Origin: Chlamydiota bacterium
GTDB lineage: Bacteria; Auribacterota; JACPWU01
Assembly (NCBI GenBank): GCA_016196885.1
Contig: JACPWU010000003.1
Span: forward strand, 30,001-62,000
Length of the DNA stretch: 32,000 nt
Reading direction: 5' to 3'
Shown here piece by piece: positions 7,689 to 12,928 of the stretch; the stretch's first letter is position 1; every line of letters starts with the position of its first letter. The notes under the pieces were generated by a model. It was not told the origin of the DNA. It was given only the letters and a program-made list of their open reading frames with translations, and did not search any database. The position numbers and the translations under genes are program-made.

Positions 7689-7717
7689 AGATTAAGCAGC
7701 CGATCGTTCCTGGATGT
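7689..7717. repeat. Copy B of the perfect 29-bp direct repeat
   Basis: Identical to 7428-7456. It contains the stop codon and the last 8 codons of the XRE antitoxin gene (minus strand). Confidence 0.95.
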
Positions 7718-7952
7718 CCCAGCTGGGAAAAAGGAGCACAGATGGGTGACATTTAAGTGCTCGAGCCAGCGCCTTTGCCCGTTCAACGCCCAATTTAATG
7801 TGTCCTTTCTCAAGGGCAGATAGGGTGGGCTGGGGAATGCCACTTAAATAAGCCAGTTTGTTTTGACTAAAATTCTGGAGCTCTCTCAAAATACGTACAG
7901 ATTCTCCAACAGATACTTCAACGCTTCTTCTTGCGATTCTGTAATCTTTCAT
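7692..7952 (-). CDS. XRE-family helix-turn-helix antitoxin (HigA-like)
   Basis: VRILRELQNFSQNKLAYLSGIPQPTLSALEKGHIKLGVERAKALARAL is a Cro/C1-type HTH. It lies immediately downstream (1-nt gap) of a RelE-superfamily toxin gene. Confidence 0.75.
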   Translation of the reverse strand: MKDYRIARRSVEVSVGESVRILRELQNFSQNKLAYLSGIPQPTLSALEKGHIKLGVERAKALARALKCHPSVLLFPSWDIQERSAA

Positions 7953-7953
7953 T

Positions 7954-8235
7954 TTACTTTCTCCTGTAATCGTGTGCTGTGATATCCATTACCTTCACGT
8001 ATATCTTGTCGCTTTCTCTCCAATAAATCACACGATATTGAAGACCGAGTCGTGACGAGCGGTATCCCTCCCATGAACCTTTCAGAGCTTCATCGTGAAA
8101 GCCTTTAATCTGACGTAAGCCCATGGGGCCTGAAATGCTAACAATGTCTTTCCACTTCTCATATCGTTTCAAAATCTCTATCGGGATCCGAAAAAGTTTC
8201 TTCGTTAACGCTTGATGTTCATAAACAATCCACAT
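7954..8235 (-). CDS. RelE/ParE-superfamily mRNA-interferase toxin (HigB-like; toxin-first gene order)
   Basis: FHDEALKGSWEGYRSSRLGLQYRVIYWRESDKIYVKVMDITAHDY matches the L.G....(R)S.Rl....R.iY......i.v..i..HdY core of the RelE/HigB family. Length is 93 aa. Confidence 0.65.
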   Translation of the reverse strand: MWIVYEHQALTKKLFRIPIEILKRYEKWKDIVSISGPMGLRQIKGFHDEALKGSWEGYRSSRLGLQYRVIYWRESDKIYVKVMDITAHDYRRK

Positions 8236-8251
8236 ACTATGTTTATACTAT
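8234..8251 (-). promoter_or_regulatory. Possible operator at the start of the HigB-like operon
   Basis: atactat is repeated at 8234-8240 and 8245-8251, 11 bp apart (one helical turn), at the 5' end of the minus-strand operon. AT-rich sequence lies beyond it. Confidence 0.2.
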
Positions 8252-8300
8252 ATCTTTTTTATTATGTCCAGGAAATGAATGTACGAAAACATTATCACTT

Positions 8301-8392
8301 GTCATTCCCGCAATCTTCAACGAAGTAGCCCCTATGGGGTAAGCGGGAATCCAAAAGGCTGGATCCCCCCGACAAAAGCACTCGGGGATGAC
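8301..8392. repeat. MITE-like palindromic unit, copy 1 (gtcattcccgc ... gcgggaatcc ... ggatcccc ... ctcggggatgac)
   Basis: Two internal dyads (cattcccgc/gcgggaatc and atccccga/tcggggat) and gtcat/atgac termini. A tandem second copy follows 11 nt later. Confidence 0.7.
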
Positions 8393-8403
8393 ACCGAGTA
8401 TGG

Positions 8404-8491
8404 GTCATTCCCGCAGGCTTCAAGCGGGAATCCAGAATGGATCCCCGACAACCCCGAAGGTGGCTGCTTCGCTGAAGCACTCGGGGATGAC
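8404..8491. repeat. MITE-like palindromic unit, copy 2
   Basis: Same architecture as 8301-8392: gtcattcccgcaggcttcaagcgggaatcc ... ggatccccgac ... cactcggggatgac. Confidence 0.7.
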
Positions 8492-8737
8492 CCAAACGAG
8501 AGTTAAGGCTGTGACGTAAGTTTTATCGCAACTATTTTACTACAAATAGGTTACATAAATAACAGTTTTCAATCTCAAATCACTCTTTATTTTCTTTAAA
8601 TTATTTTTTCTTTTTTTACTTTTTCCCTTTTCCCTGTGTCTTGAGTATTGAGCCTTTGTAAGCTTTTTTATTTGCTCAAGTGTCTGTTGCAAAATAAGTT
8701 GTACATTTTTGTAACTGGAAAGGGGAAAGCACAAGGC

Positions 8738-10330
8738 ATGACCCACAAAGCCGTCTACGCCATTTCTAGGTTCTCTCTGGCTTTCATCTTCCTTTTCTGG
8801 CAATTCCCCCTCTATGCAACTCATGTGGGAAGTCATGATGGCAACTGCAGCGATTATCCGGGTGAGGATTGCTATCAGGCCATTCAAATCAGCGGAGAGG
8901 TAGAGGGCTACAGTGAATTTGATTATGCCTATCACAATTGTGGGCATAACGTCGTGAGCGGCTTTAGTTTGAACGGTAGTACGGGCAGTATCTTTACCTC
9001 GCCTAATCATATCAAGGTGACCTTTAACGATAACAATCTGAATCGCTCCATTCGTATTTATACCGACAATTATACGCAGGATGAAGTCTGTAGATATGGG
9101 AATTATGGCTCCTTAGAGGGTTCTGAGTGCGGGGGCGAGTTGATTCCTGAGACCGATTGCCCGTGTTATCCGGATGTGACGTGTGCGTCTTCTAGTTCTG
9201 TACGTATGAATGGAGGGCTTTTTAAATGGTTTAACCGAGGCGCGGAAGAAAGTGTGAATCTTTATCCCGATGGTGAACTTTCTACCGATGATGATGATAA
9301 AGATGGGGATCCCTATGATTCCGATGAATGGGATGAAAAATATACGAAAGGGGTGGACACCTTTATTAACAAAGGAGGGGAAGACAATGCCACCAATGGA
9401 TATCCTACAGGAAATTCCCCTTGCTACGATGAAGAGGATTTGGATTGTAATGGAAATGAAGATGATGGGACGAATGATTCTCGGGATGAGATCTACACGC
9501 CTGGAAGGGATATTTTTGTGGATGTGGGGGGTGAAGAGTGTGATGAGGATGCCAATGGGGATGGCTTAGAGGATGATGGAACAGAGGATGATATTGATGA
9601 AATTTATACCAAGGGCTTTGACACATTTATAGATGTGGGGGGTGAAGAGTCGGATGACGATGGAGATGGGATTGACGAGGTTTATACCTCGGGGACTGAC
9701 ATTTTTAATGTCTCAAACAGCACGACCAATAGCAGAACTGATTTGGGAGGTGAGGAGAGCGATGAGGATTTAGATGGAGATGGCCATGAGGATGATGGGA
9801 CAGATGACAACAAAGATGAGCTGTACACGGAAGGGCCCGCTGGGGATAAGGCCTTAAATAATAAATCTCCCGGAGCCTCTCTCCTTTGGGTCGTCCAGGA
9901 AGAAGATGAGGATGTAGACACAGATGGGGATGGAATTACCTTTGAGCCCTATACCTTTGTGGGAAACAGTACAATTGAGGGCTATGTGACGGACATTCAT
10001 CAGGAGAATGATACAGGGACGCTCAGTTATTGTGAAAAGTTCAATACCCAATACGCCAATGTTGCCTTTTCTATTTTTGAGCAGGGGGCCCTTTTGGCGG
10101 CCTTTCCGGAATGCGCACCTGCCAATCAAGACACAAATGGAAATGGAGAGCCCGGGGAATGCGGTGACGATGATGGGGCTGGAAGTGATCCTCCGGATGG
10201 TGTGAAGGAGTATGACTTTAGACAAGTTAAGGATGGAGAATTTGTGATCTTTCTGGGAGCCGATTTTCGCAGTGCTACTGCCGGGTATTATTGGGCCTAT
10301 TTGGTGATCGAGATTTATACGGAGGTGTGA
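8738..10330 (+). CDS. Secreted acidic repeat protein, paralogue 1 (530 aa) of a novel family; candidate fibre subunit
   Basis: The start is set at ATG 8738 (the track's TTG at 8648 adds 30 non-signal residues). Signal peptide: MTHKAVYAISRFSLAFIFLFWQFPLYA. Blocks shared with 10522-11583: DGNCSDYPGEDCYQAIQISGEVEGY, IKVTFNDNNLNRSIRIYTDNY, IEGYVTDIH, and FVIFLGADFRSATAGYYWAYLVIEIYTEV at the C-terminus. Confidence 0.8.
   Translation: MTHKAVYAISRFSLAFIFLFWQFPLYATHVGSHDGNCSDYPGEDCYQAIQISGEVEGYSEFDYAYHNCGHNVVSGFSLNGSTGSIFTSPNHIKVTFNDNNLNRSIRIYTDNYTQDEVCRYGNYGSLEGSECGGELIPETDCPCYPDVTCASSSSVRMNGGLFKWFNRGAEESVNLYPDGELSTDDDDKDGDPYDSDEWDEKYTKGVDTFINKGGEDNATNGYPTGNSPCYDEEDLDCNGNEDDGTNDSRDEIYTPGRDIFVDVGGEECDEDANGDGLEDDGTEDDIDEIYTKGFDTFIDVGGEESDDDGDGIDEVYTSGTDIFNVSNSTTNSRTDLGGEESDEDLDGDGHEDDGTDDNKDELYTEGPAGDKALNNKSPGASLLWVVQEEDEDVDTDGDGITFEPYTFVGNSTIEGYVTDIHQENDTGTLSYCEKFNTQYANVAFSIFEQGALLAAFPECAPANQDTNGNGEPGECGDDDGAGSDPPDGVKEYDFRQVKDGEFVIFLGADFRSATAGYYWAYLVIEIYTEV
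9332..9850 (+). repeat. Five in-frame tandem acidic repeats, DE(I/V/L/K)YT.G.D.F..(V/K)GGE(E/D).D.D..GDG.EDDGT.D
   Basis: Units start at 9332, 9485, 9596, 9674 and 9815, all in the CDS frame. Unit lengths vary (153, 111, 78 and 141 nt). The D-x-D-x-D-G strings resemble calcium-binding loops of the thrombospondin type 3 kind. Confidence 0.8.
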
Positions 10331-10338
10331 GGAAGTGG

Positions 10339-10354
10339 CTAAGTGCTTAAGTCT
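10339..10354. repeat. Tandem 8-mer ctaagtgc ttaagtct just after the paralogue 1 stop
   Basis: The same motif (ttaagtgc x2) occurs after the paralogue 2 gene at 11654-11669. The shared 13-mer taagtgcttaagt is at 10340-10352 and 11655-11667. Confidence 0.7.
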
Positions 10355-10521
10355 TTAAGATGTAAAGCATTAGGGATAAAAAAAGAAGTGTTTTTTACTT
10401 TTCTGTTTCGAAAGTTGTCTTAATGGGTAGGAAGGTTGCTTTAATCGAGGAAATGCAGCTACTTGTGTAGCGCGTGGAGGTTAAAGGACTTTCTAATATG
10501 TGTAAAAAGGAGGAGAAAGAG

Positions 10522-11583
10522 ATGAAAAGGTTCTCAAAGATGAAAGGCGTGACCTACGCGCTGTTGGTGTTGTGCAGTTTGTGGGGAATGCCTTCTTATG
10601 CAAGTCATGGCCATGATGGAAATACAGATAATTGTAGTGATTTCCCGGGCGAAGATTGCTATGAAGGAATTCAGATGAGTGGTGAACTGGAGGGTTATAC
10701 GGTGTTTAATGTGGTATTGCATGATGCTTTCCATACTGAAGTGCCAGGTAGTATTTCTGTTGCTCCAGTGGATTTGAATGGCGATGGAACAGCCAGTGGA
10801 TCTGAATTGGTGACCACGGGTGACAAACATATTATCGTTAGTTTTGATGATAACAATGTCAAACGTGATATCCAGATTTACATGGATAATTATGAGGGTG
10901 ATGCGGATCTAAATGGTGTTCCTGATTATCAGCAGTACGAGGAAGGTTCTATTGTAACCGGGGCCAGCCCGTCTACTTTGATGAAAAGTGGCTTGATCGG
11001 TGCAGTTGATCCCGATTATGTGGTTCCTGCCTTCTGGCATATTGCGGAGGGTGATGGAACGCCTGTGGCTGTTACAGGTAACTCTGGAGTTGAAGGCTAT
11101 GTCACAGATATCCATGCGGAAGATGTGGATCCATTAAGCTCAAATTACAATAAGTACAGCTTCCTGGATTCCTACGCCAATATGGCTTTCGCAATTCTGG
11201 GGCAGAATGCCGCTCTTGCAGCCAGCTCTGGTGTGTGTGCTACGACAGATACAAACGGGGATGGAAACATTGACTGTAATACAGGTTATGACACAAACGG
11301 TGATGGAGTTGTTGATACGTACCGTTCTGATTCTGCTGGATGTTCAACAGAGGATACCAACAAGGATGGAGTTGCTGGAGAATGCGGTGTGCTTGACTCG
11401 ACTGATCTGAACCAGGATGGTTCGACAACGGATCTTCTCTATGACTTTAAGAACATCAGCAGTGGTTCTTTCCAGGTTACAGTGGGTGCGGACTATCGTG
11501 GTTTCCCTGCTCAGAACTACGAAGGTACTCTCAACGTTGAGATTTATACTGAGTTGACAGGCGATACCAATCATCACTTCTAA
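10522..11583 (+). CDS. Secreted protein, paralogue 2 (353 aa) of the same novel family; candidate fibre subunit
   Basis: AAGGAGGAG at 10507-10515 lies 6 nt before the ATG at 10522 (the track start of 10474 is a GTG). Signal peptide: MKRFSKMKGVTYALLVLCSLWGMPSYA. Shared blocks: DNCSDFPGEDCYEGIQMSGELEGY, IIVSFDDNNVKRDIQIYMDNY, VEGYVTDIH, and FQVTVGADYRGFPAQNYEGTLNVEIYTEL near the C-terminus. Confidence 0.85.
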   Translation: MKRFSKMKGVTYALLVLCSLWGMPSYASHGHDGNTDNCSDFPGEDCYEGIQMSGELEGYTVFNVVLHDAFHTEVPGSISVAPVDLNGDGTASGSELVTTGDKHIIVSFDDNNVKRDIQIYMDNYEGDADLNGVPDYQQYEEGSIVTGASPSTLMKSGLIGAVDPDYVVPAFWHIAEGDGTPVAVTGNSGVEGYVTDIHAEDVDPLSSNYNKYSFLDSYANMAFAILGQNAALAASSGVCATTDTNGDGNIDCNTGYDTNGDGVVDTYRSDSAGCSTEDTNKDGVAGECGVLDSTDLNQDGSTTDLLYDFKNISSGSFQVTVGADYRGFPAQNYEGTLNVEIYTELTGDTNHHF

Positions 11584-11653
11584 GAGGGTGTAAAACTTCT
11601 TCTTTCTCTGTCCCCCGAAGATGGTATGTCGCGGGGGCGGGGAGGGAGGGGTT

Positions 11654-11669
11654 TTAAGTGCTTAAGTGC
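11654..11669. repeat. Tandem 8-mer ttaagtgc x2 downstream of paralogue 2
   Basis: Read directly. It is the partner of 10339-10354. Confidence 0.7.
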
Positions 11670-11706
11670 GTGGGTGTCTAGGTTATTATCATAAGCAAGT
11701 AGCGCT

Positions 11707-11802
11707 TGTCATCTCGAGGAGCAGTTTTTTGCGACGAGAGATCTTTGTCTTAGAATTAGAGCAAGATTTCTCCCCTTCGTTGCACTCAGGGTCGAAATGA
11801 CA
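11707..11802. repeat. MITE-like element (~96 bp) with imperfect terminal inverted repeats tgtcatctcgag / gtcgaaatgaca
   Basis: Termini match at 10 of 12 positions in inverted orientation. It lies in an intergenic spacer and contains no ORF. Confidence 0.5.
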
Positions 11803-11849
11803 ATGGCTTTAGGATATTTAAAGATTCAAAAAAGGAAAGAGGGTTTTTT

Positions 11850-12689
11850 ATGAAGTTTAAAATTTTGACCATTTTAATATTAAGTTTGCTTTTTCCTGTG
11901 AGTAGCGTTTTTGCTGTGGGTTTAAGGGTGAGCCCGGGAAGAGCCACAGTGGTTTTAAAGCCAGGTGAGCAAAAAGAAGGGGTTTATCATATTAAAAATA
12001 CATCGAATACGACTCAAAAGATTTTGGTTCAGGCTGAGGATTGGGTTCAATTTCGACAAGGCAAGCCTCGTGTTCGAGCTGAGGGATGGCTTAATTTTGA
12101 GAAGACAGAATTTGTTTTAGATGTGGGAGAGGAAACAGAGCTAAAGTACAAGGTTCTTTTGGATAAGGATTTTAGAGGGGAAAAAGTGGCCCAGGTTTTT
12201 TTTACCCCTGTTCCGACGGGGGATTCCAGTCAGGGTGTTTCGATTCGTGTTCGTTCGGGTGTTTTGTTGATGGCCATTGCGAAGGAGGACATTCAGGTTA
12301 AGGCTGAGATTGGGATGGTTTCTTGGACCCAACAGAAGGATGGCGTTTCTGCTTTGCAAATTCAGATCAAGGATGCAGGCAATGTCCATATTAAATTAGG
12401 CGGTGAAGTAAAGGTTTTGAATGAAAAGGGGGATGTGATTTGGAAAGGGGTTTTGGACCCGGCCCAGACGCCGGGCCTTTTTGCCGGGGAAGAGAGGCCC
12501 TATTCGCTTCCCTTTAATATGAAAGTTTTGAAAGAGTCGGAGAAATATCTTTGTGTGATTGAATTGGATTATGGCGTGAATGATGCGAAGGGACTTTCTG
12601 TTTCGAAGAAGTTGGATTTGAGATTGGTGGCGAATGAGGTTGTTTTTGCCGAGAGGGTGGGAATACCAGTCGTGAGTCGTGAGTCGTGA
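11850..12689 (+). CDS. Secreted two-beta-sandwich protein, PapD-like periplasmic chaperone-like (alternatively a DUF916/DUF3324-like surface protein)
   Basis: Signal peptide: MKFKILTILILSLLFPVSSVFA. The first domain, LRVSPGRATVVLKPGEQKEGVYHIKNTSNTTQKILVQAEDW ... VAQVFFTPVP ... SIRVRSGVLLMAI, follows the alternating-strand pattern of pilus chaperone domain 1. The second domain, ALQIQIKDAGNVHIKLGGEVKVL ... YLCVIELDYG, also follows the alternating-strand pattern. The coding call is strong; the function call is weak. Confidence 0.6.
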   Translation: MKFKILTILILSLLFPVSSVFAVGLRVSPGRATVVLKPGEQKEGVYHIKNTSNTTQKILVQAEDWVQFRQGKPRVRAEGWLNFEKTEFVLDVGEETELKYKVLLDKDFRGEKVAQVFFTPVPTGDSSQGVSIRVRSGVLLMAIAKEDIQVKAEIGMVSWTQQKDGVSALQIQIKDAGNVHIKLGGEVKVLNEKGDVIWKGVLDPAQTPGLFAGEERPYSLPFNMKVLKESEKYLCVIELDYGVNDAKGLSVSKKLDLRLVANEVVFAERVGIPVVSRES

Positions 12690-12690
12690 G
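12669..12690. repeat. Heptamer array (gtcgtga) x3 that supplies the last codons and stop of the 11850-12689 gene
   Basis: gtcgtgagtcgtgagtcgtgag encodes VVSRES-stop. The same heptamer array occurs in frame in the giant ORF at 19021. Confidence 0.9.
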
Positions 12691-12700
12691 TGCTTTGCTT

Positions 12701-12736
12701 GTCATTGCGAGGAAGCTGTAGGCAGGCGAAGCAATC
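12701..12736. repeat. Short palindromic unit gtcattgcgagg ... cgaagcaatc
   Basis: The attgc/gcaat dyad with a gtcat terminus has the same style as the other gtcat-type units in this window. Confidence 0.5.
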
Positions 12737-12770
12737 TTGAGTTTTGGAGAGCATTCTGGAAGTTTGTTAT

Positions 12771-12848
12771 GTAGTCGCCCCATTTATGGGGCTGCCCGAT
12801 GAATCGGGCGACTACAAAAGAGGGCTGCCCGATGAATCGGGCGACTAC
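12771..12848. repeat. Two tandem hairpin units of the gtagtcgcc / gcccgat..atcgggc / ggcgactac family, as found in the long inverted repeats
   Basis: gtagtcgccccatttatggggctgcccgatgaatcgggcgactac, followed by gggctgcccgatgaatcgggcgactac. The building blocks are shared with 4520-4591 and 7510-7581. Confidence 0.8.
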
Positions 12849-12928
12849 AAAAAAAGCATGATGGGGAGAACTTTCATTGCATATGATGGTCTCGAATACG
12901 GGTTCGCAATGGCAGAGTGGTGGGATAG

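Noticed and set aside
8279-8506. ORFs of 75 aa (+) and 66 aa (-) in the track
   Set aside because: Both are translations of the tandem MITE-like units (SGNP / LGDD / AGMT peptides). The palindromic repeat structure explains the open frames on both strands.
8540-9010. 156-aa minus-strand ORF overlapping the start of the 8738-10330 gene
   Set aside because: It is antisense to a gene with a clear signal peptide and a paralogue. Its 5' half lies in low-complexity T/A-rich spacer, and it has no recognisable motif or SD.
9270-9921. Alternative-frame ORFs inside the acidic repeat region (9270-9569 +, 9405-9626 -, 9682-9921 -)
   Set aside because: The Met/His/Ser-rich low-complexity translations are produced by the GAT/GAA-rich tandem repeats. 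The paralogue alignment supports the annotated frame.
11584-11650. Possible intrinsic terminator after paralogue 2 (cccccg ... cggggg)
   Set aside because: It has only a 6-bp stem with a ~14-nt loop and no downstream T tract, and is followed by a G-rich run. This is not convincing.
12771-12848. Possible CRISPR array (repeated palindromic units here, at 8301-8491 and within 4520-4591)
   Set aside because: There are only two adjacent copies. There are no regularly sized unique spacers and no cas genes in the window, and the units are nested hairpins typical of REP/MITE elements.
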